Notes: a model not told the origin generated them from the sequence alone. A DNA stretch of 28,712 nt from an uncultured archaeon (GCA_964632315.1 CAZWEM010000033.1:22642-51353); one strand, 5' to 3'. Shown: positions 18,697-27,906, counted from the stretch's first letter. Numbers and translations: made by a program.

Positions 18697-18877
18697 TAAG
18701 CGCTTTTGACAGATCAATGAACCAACTTGAATGATACTGATATAAAAATGATAGATATCAAGTAGACAGCCTGGCAAAGGTATCTGGTTCACTATTTCCA
18801 ACTATTATCTTATATTATGAGAAGAACTTTAAATTATAAAAAACATATTTTTAAATTCTAATTCGCTAAGAGATTAG

Positions 18878-19033
18878 ATGAGAGTAGTTGCTTGTAATAA
18901 ATGCCATATGATTATGGAAAATATAGACCCTGGCAAGTATTTTTGCAAAAATTGTGGAACGGAAATGGATTTCTTTCAAATTCAAGCTTTTTGTGGTGCA
19001 AAACCAAACCAATTAAATGAGAATCCAGACTAG
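18878..19033 (+). CDS. Zinc-ribbon microprotein 2 (51 aa, CxxC-x13-CxxC); not in the ORF track
   Basis: Translated by hand: MRVVACNKCHMIMENIDPGKYFCKNCGTEMDFFQIQAFCGAKPNQLNENPD*; clear paralogue of the next ORF. Confidence 0.85.
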   Translation: MRVVACNKCHMIMENIDPGKYFCKNCGTEMDFFQIQAFCGAKPNQLNENPD

Positions 19034-19061
19034 ATTATTTCAAATTACACCAGTATTTAAA

Positions 19062-19217
19062 ATGAAGTATTATATTATTTGTAAAAACTGTGGACTCAGT
19101 TATGAAAATAAGGAACCTGGTAAATATTATTGTCCTCAATGTCAAAAAATTGTTGAATTTTTTAAACTCGAGCTTTTTGATGGCTCGAAGCCAGGGAAAG
19201 TTTATGAGGATCCTTAA
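19062..19217 (+). CDS. Zinc-ribbon microprotein 3 (51 aa, CxxC-x13-CxxC); start reassigned from 19017 to ATG 19062
   Basis: MKYYIICKNCGLSYENKEPGKYYCPQCQKIVEFFKLELFDGSKPGKVYEDP*; aligns end to end with microprotein 2. Confidence 0.85.
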   Translation: MKYYIICKNCGLSYENKEPGKYYCPQCQKIVEFFKLELFDGSKPGKVYEDP

Positions 19218-19293
19218 TATAAACCCAGTTAGTGAGGTATAAATCAAATCTTATTTACGTAATTATTTAAAAAAATCTTTCTTTTTCCAAATT

Positions 19294-20004
19294 ATGACCG
19301 AAGCTTTATACATGAATGATTCCTATTTAAAGGAATGGTCTTCTAAAGTGGTAAAAGTAACAGACGGGAAATACATTATTTTGGAGAGAACTGCTTTCTA
19401 TCCAAAAGGAGGAGGACAGCCTTGGGATGAAGGAGTTATTCGTAGAAATGATGATGAATTTAACGTGGTTTATGTTGGAAAATTTTCTGGCGATATCAGT
19501 CATGAAGTGGATAAGTCTGGTTTAAAAGTGGGCGATTCAGTTACTTGCGAACTTAATTGGAAGAGGAGATATACGTATATGCGTTATCATACTGCTTGTC
19601 ATTTAATATCTAACATTTTATTTAAACGAGCAGATGCTAAAATAACTGGGAACCAAATTGGAGTAGATAAGAGTCGAATGGATTTCTCTATGGAAGATTA
19701 TTCACCAGAAAAATTGCAACAGTATGTTGACGAAGCCAATCAAATCATTCAAAAAGATTTGCCTATTACCATTGACTATATGAGTAGAGAGAAGGTATTA
19801 AACCACCCCGAGCTTGCTCGATTGGCAATTGGTTTACCAGAAAATCTTCAAGAATTTAGAATTGTCAAGATTGGTGATATAGATAAACAAGTCGATGGAG
19901 GGACACATATTAAAAATTTGTCTGAAGTTGGAAAGATAGAATTAATTAAAACAGTAAATAAGGGGAAAGATAATCGTAGATTATATTTTATATTAAAAAA
20001 ATAA
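19294..20004 (+). CDS. alaXM: Alanyl-tRNA editing protein AlaX-M
   Basis: LYMNDSYL, TAFYPKGGGQPWD, MRYHTACH (HxxxH), RMDF, RIVKIG, DGGTH; 236 aa. Confidence 0.93.
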   Translation: MTEALYMNDSYLKEWSSKVVKVTDGKYIILERTAFYPKGGGQPWDEGVIRRNDDEFNVVYVGKFSGDISHEVDKSGLKVGDSVTCELNWKRRYTYMRYHTACHLISNILFKRADAKITGNQIGVDKSRMDFSMEDYSPEKLQQYVDEANQIIQKDLPITIDYMSREKVLNHPELARLAIGLPENLQEFRIVKIGDIDKQVDGGTHIKNLSEVGKIELIKTVNKGKDNRRLYFILKK

Positions 20005-20141
20005 GAAGATCATTAATAAAATTTAATTTTTTTACCTTGATCATTTTCGATCTATGGTTTTATTTGGCGTAATCTTACATAAAAATTTCTAAATTACATA
20101 ATGATTGGAAAATGATTTTATTTATAAAAAAGGTAAAAAAA

Positions 20142-20282
20142 ATGAAAAAAGCGAAAATTGTTCTTTTAGCAACACTAGGAATATGCTTATTAAGGCTTGT
20201 TCCACCAGTAGCAGCGACATTCCCCCCAATCTCTCTATACTTTTTTTTTAAAATTTTGTCTAAAAATCAGTTAACTTATTGA
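20142..20282 (+). pseudogene. Signal-peptide-only ORF (46 aa); probable remnant of a secreted-protein gene
   Basis: MKKAKIVLLATLGICLLRLVPPVAAT followed by pyrimidine/T-run sequence; purine-rich AAGGT upstream. Confidence 0.4.
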
Positions 20283-20336
20283 TAAATAACTTAAGGGTCC
20301 CCGCTTTTTCACCATTTAAAAATATGAATTAAAAAT

Positions 20337-21881
20337 ATGAAAGTTATTGTTATCGGATCGGGCCTAGCGGGACTCACTTCTGCAGCATTATTAGCTAAAG
20401 AAGGTTTTGATGTCACACTTTTCGAACAACATGAAAAGATCGGAGGCGTTACAGCGACGGTAGAAAAAGATGGTTATCGATGGGATTGGGGTCAGATGAT
20501 TGTACCCGATTTAGGGGAAGGTGAACCTGCTCGTCAAATTCTGGAAAACCTCCAGATTTCAGAAAAGATTATTGGAATAAAGGGTTATAGAGAGAATTTT
20601 TTTCCTGATTTCAGAATTGAGCGTCCTAAAGAATACAAAGGTAGAGAATGGAGGAAAGATTATTTTAGGAAAATTTTTCCCGAAGATGCGAATGGATTGG
20701 AAAAATATTATGAGATCTACGAGAGAATTCATGATCTTTCAGCGCTCTCTACAAAAAAAGGGATTTTCTCAAAGCTTAAACAATTGATCAAGTTTTTACC
20801 TATAATGAGTAAGAAGGAATGGAGTGCCCAGCAGTTAATGGATTATTGTTTTACTAATAAGAAACTTCAAGCGGTATTTATTGGTATACTCGCAGATTAC
20901 GTTGCTTCACCCAAAAATTTTCCAGGACTAATCATTCCCATCATTAATGCTGAATCTCAATATGATGAGAGGGTTCCTTTAGATTATAATGGTCATGAAC
21001 ATAGGTCTTCTTGGCATTTCATAAAGGGAGGTTGTATCGAAATTGTTAAAGCGCTTGCTGAGGCTTTTATATCCAATGGAGGAGAGATTATGACTAACAC
21101 GGCAATTAAGAAGCTTATTATTGAAAATAATGCGGTAATAGGAGTTATCACTTCAAAAAATGAAACAATTGAAGCTGATTTAGTTATTGCGAGTGGAGGA
21201 GCAAGGGAATTATTCTTAAATTTAGTTGGTGAGGAGAATCTACCAGAAGAATTCATACAGAAGTATGTTGAGGACCTATTTACGACTGAATCAGTGTTCA
21301 TGATCCATTTAGGAGTCGATTATGATCCTTCCATCCATCAAAATGGTTCATCACTTTGCTACTATTATTTCACTTATGATATTGAGAAAGCCATAGAGGA
21401 ATGTCAAAAAGGAATTTTTCATGAGGGTAAAGATGGTTTACTCATTTACATTCCCTCTGTTCATTCACCAGAAATGGCACCACCTGGACATCATGCGGTT
21501 ACGATATATACGATCGCCCCTAATGAACCTGTAAATGGTACTTGGAGCATTAATAAAGATGAATGGGCAGAAAAACTGCTGGATTTAGCAGAGGAACATA
21601 TTCCTGGTTTAAGAGAACATGAAAAAACTAGAATCATATTGACTCCTGAAGATTTGCAAAAACGTACTTATCTTAAGCATCACGCTTTTGGTGGCACGGT
21701 TCCCCACTTGAAAATTCCTCCACCTCCTTACCAAACCCCTATAGAGGGATTATGGTTCGTGGGCGGCCAATCAGAGAACTTTGGAGGTGTTACAGGTGTG
21801 ATGATAGGAGCTAATAACGTTATTAATCGTATCCTTAAAGAAAAAGGAAAAGATGCGAAAGCAACTGTCTATAGAGTTTAA
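20337..21881 (+). CDS. Phytoene desaturase/CrtI-like (COG1233) FAD-dependent oxidoreductase
   Basis: VIVIGSGLAGL, FEQHEKIGG, GYRWDWG, IKGG, SVHSPEMAPPGHH, TPEDL, TPIEGLWFVG, GGVTG. Confidence 0.88.
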   Translation: MKVIVIGSGLAGLTSAALLAKEGFDVTLFEQHEKIGGVTATVEKDGYRWDWGQMIVPDLGEGEPARQILENLQISEKIIGIKGYRENFFPDFRIERPKEYKGREWRKDYFRKIFPEDANGLEKYYEIYERIHDLSALSTKKGIFSKLKQLIKFLPIMSKKEWSAQQLMDYCFTNKKLQAVFIGILADYVASPKNFPGLIIPIINAESQYDERVPLDYNGHEHRSSWHFIKGGCIEIVKALAEAFISNGGEIMTNTAIKKLIIENNAVIGVITSKNETIEADLVIASGGARELFLNLVGEENLPEEFIQKYVEDLFTTESVFMIHLGVDYDPSIHQNGSSLCYYYFTYDIEKAIEECQKGIFHEGKDGLLIYIPSVHSPEMAPPGHHAVTIYTIAPNEPVNGTWSINKDEWAEKLLDLAEEHIPGLREHEKTRIILTPEDLQKRTYLKHHAFGGTVPHLKIPPPPYQTPIEGLWFVGGQSENFGGVTGVMIGANNVINRILKEKGKDAKATVYRV

Positions 21882-21904
21882 AATTATAAATTTGATATCT
21901 TATT

Positions 21905-22846
21905 TTATGTTTCAGACTCTTTTTCTTCCTCCTCTTCGAAGTCCCTTTCCCTACTAAGCTCCCAACGACGCTCTTCTTCTTCCTTTAATTGTCGTTTCAA
22001 GTCTCTACGCTGTTTAAGAGTTAAATGTTCTTCCCAACGGGCTTTTGTAATTATTTGATCATATTTTTGACTCAGCTTGGCTGCATCTTCTACAGGATTA
22101 ATCCTACCTTCAATCCCGTCTTCAAAAAACCAATTCCGCTTAAAAGCTTTAGCAGGTACACCAGCATATATAAAATTGGCTTTTAATTCTTGCCCTACCG
22201 TAGTGACCGAGTTTGTGGTAAGCACGCTTTTTTCTCCGATGTGTGTTCCTGGCATCACGATCGCATGTGAACCAATTCGCACGTCATTGTCGATAACAGT
22301 CTTTCTGATTATTAATAGATTCCCTACTATAACGCTTGATTGAATAATTGCGCCTTGCCCAACAACTACATTTTTTCCGAATTCAATAAATTCAGTATCA
22401 ACCCAACCTTCAAATAAAGAGTTAGAGAATTTTGTTTTTACTCCAAAGACTTTAAAACAGATATTATCTAAGAATGGAAAAGGAAATCTATGACAAATCC
22501 AGAAAGGAAAACGTTTGACAACATTTCTGAGTGTCCAGTATCGAAAGTCTCGATCTGAAGGGTGTCTTAAAAATACGCCTTCCTTAGGTTTATGAATAAA
22601 ATTGATGAAAACTAAGAGAAGTTTCGCCCAGAATATTGCGCTAAAAGCCAAAGTTAGATACATTGGAATCAATAATAAAGCGATATAGATATAAAAGAAA
22701 ATTGGACGAGTTGGATTCCAAGTTAATTGCCAATAAAACCAAAATTCTATAAATAGTGGTACCGAACTAATCCATACTATAAAGATGTAGTAGATAAGAT
22801 GTCTCTTTTTTCCTAATATTGTAGGAAGGAATGGACCTACCCTCAT
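21905..22846 (-). CDS. Membrane protein with 2 TM helices + left-handed beta-helix (one Pls/PosA C-terminal-like unit)
   Basis: Two TM helices, PKEG, FRYW, FKVFGVK, hexapeptide repeats (FGKNVVVGQGAII, IDNDVRIGSHAIVMPGTHIGEKS), YAGVPAK. Confidence 0.8.
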   Translation of the reverse strand: MRVGPFLPTILGKKRHLIYYIFIVWISSVPLFIEFWFYWQLTWNPTRPIFFYIYIALLLIPMYLTLAFSAIFWAKLLLVFINFIHKPKEGVFLRHPSDRDFRYWTLRNVVKRFPFWICHRFPFPFLDNICFKVFGVKTKFSNSLFEGWVDTEFIEFGKNVVVGQGAIIQSSVIVGNLLIIRKTVIDNDVRIGSHAIVMPGTHIGEKSVLTTNSVTTVGQELKANFIYAGVPAKAFKRNWFFEDGIEGRINPVEDAAKLSQKYDQIITKARWEEHLTLKQRRDLKRQLKEEEERRWELSRERDFEEEEEKESET

Positions 22847-22864
22847 GGTATTTGGAATGGACGT

Positions 22865-24730
22865 TTAATCATCATCTCCCGCTACAATAAATTTCTTCTT
22901 GTCTTCATCAATATTTACTTCATGGGTTTCTTCTAACTTTTTAGATTCATCCACCACTCTTTTAACTACAATATCCCTTCGTTCTTCCGCATACTTGTTT
23001 TCTTTGAGAAATCTGGCAGGAACTGCACCATAAATAGTATTTGGTTCTATTAGTTGCCTATACATTGTATGACTTACTGCACCAACAACGGAATCATGTC
23101 CCATTATCGTGCCTGGTGCGATTGTGGTATGGCCACCTATCATCACGTAATCAGATAATATGACGCGCTTAATAATTAAATATTTACCAATAACCATGCT
23201 TGACATGACTGTAGCACCTTGTCCAATTAAACAATTTCTTCCCATGGAGAGAAAATCAACATCACACCAAGCATCATTAAGATGGCTTGAAAAATCCATC
23301 TTTACTCCAAAAAGTCTTAATGCTATTGCATCAACCCAAGGTAGTGGAGAATTCCGTAAGAACCATAAGGCTAACTTCTTCAATTCCGTGCGGAGCATCC
23401 AGAAGTCATAGTCAGGATTACCTGTCTCAGCCAAAAATATACCTTCCTTCGGCCGATGAATTAAGTTCACCAATATCAAGAGTAATTTACTAAATACTAA
23501 TACCCCCAATATGAAAAGATATATCATTGTTAAGATCGCGATTGGGAGATACAAAGTGGCACCAAGCCAATTTTCTTCTTTGGTGTATTCATACCAGAAT
23601 ATTGAAATCATCATTCCTGCTAACCACAATATCGGAACATAAACGATGAGAAACTTGATGTTCACTCTACTAATTGCACTTGAAGTTGTAAAATCTACAA
23701 CAAAAGATTCATCGGAGAGTTCCTCACTTTCATCTAATTCAATTTCTTCCTCTTCCTCTTCTTCGTCCTCCACGATTGATTGGTGAGAGTTTAAGTTATC
23801 TTTTCTTCGAAGCTTTTTCTTTTTCACTCCATCAATAAAATCTTCTATATTTTCATTACGTTCAAGATCTTGTTCAGAAATACCTAAGTAGCTCATCGTT
23901 TTCTTCTTAAAGATCTTTCTGAGAGGGACACCAAAATAATATCTATGACTTTTTTTATCCTTACTCCCTAAAACGCTATGTTTATTCGTTGAAGAAAAAG
24001 GTAACAAGTAAGAATTATCCCATATTTCACTCCCGGGGCCAATCTGATTTCCCGCTCCCAATGTAACATTATCTCCAACAATCATTCTAAAATACTGAAT
24101 GTTTCCGAATATTGCCTGAACTAAATGGCTAGCAAGGGTATGGTTTGGTCCTAAATAACAATTTTTCCCTATTGTAGCAAATTTATCCGACCCAACTGAT
24201 TCTTCAATAACACTTCCTTTACCAATCACATTTGAGCCTACAAAGTTGAAAAACCATTGAGATAGCCATGGAAACATTCCTTTAGTAAATAAATTCTTTC
24301 CATATTTTATCATGAAACTCCTTAGATGATAATAGTCAGCTGCTTTACTTTTAATGTTCCGCGGAATTACTCCACTTTTAGAAGGAGATATCTTCTCTGA
24401 TAACTTCCAGAAGAACCTTGTTGTAACTGCAATACATAACAACCTCAAGAAATAACTGAAAATTATCACTAATGGCATCACAAGGAGAGTAAGTAATGAT
24501 TCTGGTTGGAGAAATAAACTAGAAAACGAATTTACTTGGAGCACATAGGGATAGAAAAGATTTAACACATAAAGGAAAAAAATTGCGCCAACCAAAACCC
24601 ATGAAACATAATAAATGACGATGAAAACAACTATATAAAGCCCAAATTGAAGGTTTATTTCTTCTCTTATGGGTTCTTCTGGCAATTCATAAATTTTGGG
24701 AGATGGTATTTCGCCAGTTTCATTTGACAC
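22865..24730 (-). CDS. Membrane protein with two tandem [2 TM + left-handed beta-helix] units joined by an acidic linker
   Basis: Unit 1: TMs, IGKGSVIEE, IGKNCYLG, VGDNVTLG, YFGVP. Linker EDEEEEEEEIELDESEE. Unit 2: TMs, PKEG, FWMLR, LRLFGVK, MGRNCLIGQG, YGAVPA. Confidence 0.82.
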   Translation of the reverse strand: MSNETGEIPSPKIYELPEEPIREEINLQFGLYIVVFIVIYYVSWVLVGAIFFLYVLNLFYPYVLQVNSFSSLFLQPESLLTLLVMPLVIIFSYFLRLLCIAVTTRFFWKLSEKISPSKSGVIPRNIKSKAADYYHLRSFMIKYGKNLFTKGMFPWLSQWFFNFVGSNVIGKGSVIEESVGSDKFATIGKNCYLGPNHTLASHLVQAIFGNIQYFRMIVGDNVTLGAGNQIGPGSEIWDNSYLLPFSSTNKHSVLGSKDKKSHRYYFGVPLRKIFKKKTMSYLGISEQDLERNENIEDFIDGVKKKKLRRKDNLNSHQSIVEDEEEEEEEIELDESEELSDESFVVDFTTSSAISRVNIKFLIVYVPILWLAGMMISIFWYEYTKEENWLGATLYLPIAILTMIYLFILGVLVFSKLLLILVNLIHRPKEGIFLAETGNPDYDFWMLRTELKKLALWFLRNSPLPWVDAIALRLFGVKMDFSSHLNDAWCDVDFLSMGRNCLIGQGATVMSSMVIGKYLIIKRVILSDYVMIGGHTTIAPGTIMGHDSVVGAVSHTMYRQLIEPNTIYGAVPARFLKENKYAEERRDIVVKRVVDESKKLEETHEVNIDEDKKKFIVAGDDD

Positions 24731-24874
24731 GATTATCAGTATTTTGTTAAATTATATTTAAAATGTCTTAAGGATTTACTGCATTAAAATATAATTATTT
24801 AAAATATAATTTTTAGACTATCTTTTTGATAGTTTAAACCATTTGAGTAAAGTAACAAGAGATATGGATTTAAC

Positions 24875-25267
24875 ATGATACATTATTGTCAAGAGTGTGG
24901 ATTGTGCTGCTTGAATACTGAAATGTTCATTTCAGAAAGTGAAATTAAGACAATTTTACAGAAACTAAAAAGGGAGGTAAAATCCTCGGATTTTTGTTTT
25001 TTAAATAAGGATGGATTTTATCAACTGAAAAATGTTAAAGGGGCTTGTTATTTTTTTAACAAGCATAATTGCACGTGTAAAATTTACGGAATTCGACCCA
25101 AAGGCTGTCAATATTATCCATTAGTTTATGACACTTATAAAAAGATATGCGACATCGATAAAGACTGTCCAAACCCTCAGTTAGTTTATCCGAATAAAGA
25201 TTCGATCTTAGGCACTTGTATAAGATTGAAAGATTATCTAAAAAGTGAGCTAGAGGTTGATATTTAG
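24875..25267 (+). CDS. YkgJ-family cysteine-cluster protein (CxxCxxCC)
   Basis: CQECGLCC, GACYF, CKIYGIRPKGCQYYP, CP. Confidence 0.9.
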   Translation: MIHYCQECGLCCLNTEMFISESEIKTILQKLKREVKSSDFCFLNKDGFYQLKNVKGACYFFNKHNCTCKIYGIRPKGCQYYPLVYDTYKKICDIDKDCPNPQLVYPNKDSILGTCIRLKDYLKSELEVDI

Positions 25268-26280
25268 TATTCTATTTTAACAACAATTTTTATAGTATCT
25301 CTGTTCAGTTTTTTGTTGGAAAGAACATTTTCAACGTCCTCCAAAGATATTACTTTTGATATTAAATCCTTTACCAGAATATCTCTTGATTTTAGTCCCT
25401 TTATTGCCAATTCAAACGGCCCACATCGGCTTGAATACAATGTAATTTCACGAACGACAATATCAGTCAAATTTATCGGCGTTTCAATTCCGTGAGTACT
25501 TTTCACATGAATTTTACCTCTTGTCCTGCAGGAAGCAACGATTTTGTTAAATACTGCTGGAACTCCAGTGGAATCCACAACAATATCCGCTCCAAGACCA
25601 CTTGTATGGTTTTTAATTTCCTCAGATATATTATTTACTTTAAACCGATTTATTAGATGCTTTGCTCCATATTTTTTTGCTAATTTTAATTTAAATTCAG
25701 ACCCATCTATCGCAATCACGTTCAAATTATGTGATTTTGCTACTTGAAGTAATAACAATCCAAGCTTACCAAGGCCAAAAATAGCAATATTCTTATCATC
25801 TTGGTTTAGGGGCATCATTTGAAAAGCTTGATAAGCAGCAGCTAAAGGCTCTATAAATATGGCTTCTTCGAAAGACAATTTCTCAGGAATTTCATGTATT
25901 AAGTACGATTCTACTGCAATATATTCTGCTAATGCTCCATCAATGTCAATTCCAATAGCTTTACGGGAAATGCATTGAGTATATATTCCTCGCTGACAGT
26001 AGAAACAATTAAAATCGATGTTAGAATTAATTTCTGAAGTCACTCTTTTCCCTAACCATAATTGATCTACATCCTTTCCAATTTTGATTATCTCTCCACA
26101 AAATTCATGCCCCAAAATTATGGGTATTTTAGATGGTAAATCACCATTGGTAATGGCGAAATCAGTTCCACATATTCCAACTGCCTTTACTTTTATTAAT
26201 ACTTGAGTATCAGAAATTTCTGGGATTGGAACTTCTTGAATTTGATTTTTATGTCCATCAAAGATTACCGCTCTTATCAT
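25264..26280 (-). CDS. Zn-dependent medium-chain alcohol/threonine dehydrogenase family
   Basis: GICGTD, LGHEFCG, CFYC...C, IEPLAA, IFGLGKLG, SRCGPF. Confidence 0.92.
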   Translation of the reverse strand: MIRAVIFDGHKNQIQEVPIPEISDTQVLIKVKAVGICGTDFAITNGDLPSKIPIILGHEFCGEIIKIGKDVDQLWLGKRVTSEINSNIDFNCFYCQRGIYTQCISRKAIGIDIDGALAEYIAVESYLIHEIPEKLSFEEAIFIEPLAAAYQAFQMMPLNQDDKNIAIFGLGKLGLLLLQVAKSHNLNVIAIDGSEFKLKLAKKYGAKHLINRFKVNNISEEIKNHTSGLGADIVVDSTGVPAVFNKIVASCRTRGKIHVKSTHGIETPINLTDIVVREITLYSSRCGPFELAIKGLKSRDILVKDLISKVISLEDVENVLSNKKLNRDTIKIVVKIEY

Positions 26281-26447
26281 TATCTTCGTATTATTTTCTA
26301 TAAATTAATAATGTAGTTACATTATGTCATGATAAGTCTTCCATTATGCCTTTTTATCAAACATAATCTCTATCTATTTTATGATTCGATTTTTATTTAC
26401 TATTAAATTCAATTATATGAATACAGTTTAGCTATCTTGGTGTTTTT

Positions 26448-26981
26448 ATGGAAAAAAAAACTCTCTTATGGCAACTATTTGGAGCAATATTCATTGTCCT
26501 ACTCGGATCTTTTATGCATTTTCTCTTTGAATTGACTGGGAACTGGGCACCCATTGGTGCGATTGCTGCCGTGAATGAAAGCGTTTGGGAACATTTAAAA
26601 CTTGGATATTTTCCCTTGATTATCTTCGCTTTAATTGAGTATAAATTCTTAAAGAAAAGCTTTAATCAATTTATCGTTGCTGTTGCCTCATCTGCGATTA
26701 TAATCCCTTTAGTAATTGTTGTTTTTTTCTATAGTTATACAACGATTCTGGGAGGAGACTCTCTCTTTTTTGATATTCTAAGTTTTATAATCGCTATCTT
26801 TATAGGTCAGTATGTTTCATATAGAGTATTGCTTATAGAAAAAGTGGGAAGCAGATATGCCATTCTTGCATTGATAATTTTGATCGCTTTTGGTGCAAGT
26901 TTCGTGTTTTTCACGTACTTTCCTCCCCAATTACCGATCTTTCAAGATTCTACTACTTCTGGTTATGGTATTGTAAGTTAG
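26448..26981 (+). CDS. DUF6512-like membrane protein (about 5 TM)
   Basis: GSFMHFLFE and the VNESVWEHLKL signature; YSYTTILG; YFPPQLPIFQD. Confidence 0.75.
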   Translation: MEKKTLLWQLFGAIFIVLLGSFMHFLFELTGNWAPIGAIAAVNESVWEHLKLGYFPLIIFALIEYKFLKKSFNQFIVAVASSAIIIPLVIVVFFYSYTTILGGDSLFFDILSFIIAIFIGQYVSYRVLLIEKVGSRYAILALIILIAFGASFVFFTYFPPQLPIFQDSTTSGYGIVS

Positions 26982-27018
26982 GCTTAATTCTTTTTATTTT
27001 ATTCTTTTTAAATCTGTT

Positions 27019-27906
27019 CTAAGAAATTATATCATTATTTTCTTCAGTGATATCTCGGTCTTTCCTTTTCATATACAAATCTTCATATAACTCGTGGAGT
27101 TTTTCCATCTCTTCTGGTAGAATTCCAAGCTTATCTTCTAAACCGTCTTCAAAGAAAACATTTTTTTTGTATTTCTTGCACGGAGCGCCTACATAAACGT
27201 ATCCCTCATCCAACTTTTGTCCTACCGTTGTAAGAGAGCATCCTGACAGAATGCAATTTTTTCCGATATGAGTTCCAGGCATGACAATTGAATGTGCTCC
27301 GATCCGTACATTATCCTCGATGGTTGTTTTACGCATGATAAAAAGATTTCCTACAATCACGGCAGATTGTACTATACTCGCTTGTCCTAAAACTACATTT
27401 TTCCCGAATATTACCATCTCACAATCACACCAACCTTCGAATAACGAGTTTGAAAATGTTGTCTTAACTCCAAACATCTTAAAACATAGATTGTCTAACC
27501 AAGGCAGAGGAAATTTATGACTTAACCACACTGGCCATTTTTTTATGGTATTTCTGATTGACCAATATCGATAATCCTTATCGGAAGCGTCTCGGAGAAA
27601 CACTCCCTCTTTTGGCTTATGGAAAACATTTACAATCAGAAGCAAGAGTTTTGAACTCCCTAAAGATACAAAAACTAACGTGACATACATTACAAATACT
27701 AATAGTGGGAAAAACGCGATAAAATGAATGTATTTCCAGTCATATAGAAAACTCCAATACCACCAAAATTCATACTGCATGACAAAAAAACTAAGCCAAA
27801 TCTGAATTAAATAGAATAAAATATACCTTTTCTTAACCATGACTAAGCTCGTGAAAGGTCCTACATTAAGAGGTGCTGGAACGGACATTTTAGGATTTTC
27901 CTCCAT
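27019..27906 (-). CDS. Paralogue of 21905-22846: 2 TM + left-handed beta-helix
   Basis: Shares HKPKEGVFLR, RYW, LDN-CFK-FGVKT-FSNSLFEGW, FGKNVV-GQ, IVGNL and IVMPGTHIG with 21905-22846. Confidence 0.85.
   Translation of the reverse strand: MEENPKMSVPAPLNVGPFTSLVMVKKRYILFYLIQIWLSFFVMQYEFWWYWSFLYDWKYIHFIAFFPLLVFVMYVTLVFVSLGSSKLLLLIVNVFHKPKEGVFLRDASDKDYRYWSIRNTIKKWPVWLSHKFPLPWLDNLCFKMFGVKTTFSNSLFEGWCDCEMVIFGKNVVLGQASIVQSAVIVGNLFIMRKTTIEDNVRIGAHSIVMPGTHIGKNCILSGCSLTTVGQKLDEGYVYVGAPCKKYKKNVFFEDGLEDKLGILPEEMEKLHELYEDLYMKRKDRDITEENNDIIS

Noticed and set aside
18472-18801. 109-aa minus-strand ORF
   Set aside because: No recognisable motif. It is antisense to the better-supported CxxC-x13-CxxC microprotein at 18586-18696 and to the promoter region.
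19017-19061. N-terminal extension of the 66-aa ORF in the track
   Set aside because: It overlaps the end of microprotein 2, and paralogue alignment supports ATG 19062.
20337-21881. Carotenoid biosynthesis cluster
   Set aside because: Only a CrtI-like oxidoreductase is present, with no phytoene synthase or cyclase in the window; the COG1233 family is functionally broad.
23705-23775. TTC/TCC-rich simple repeat
   Set aside because: It encodes the poly-Glu/Asp linker of the 621-aa protein and is not an independent element.
25264-26280. First structural-Zn Cys of the ADH missing (NIDFNCFYC)
   Set aside because: Asp or Glu substitution at this ligand is a known variation in MDR enzymes, and the catalytic CGTD and GHE motifs are intact.
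418-27520. Numerous 60-175 aa ORFs antisense to or nested in long genes (e.g. 793-1149, 12934-13347, 16579-17103, 20993-21301, 22077-22343)
   Set aside because: Shadow ORFs of well-supported CDS, with no independent coding signal.
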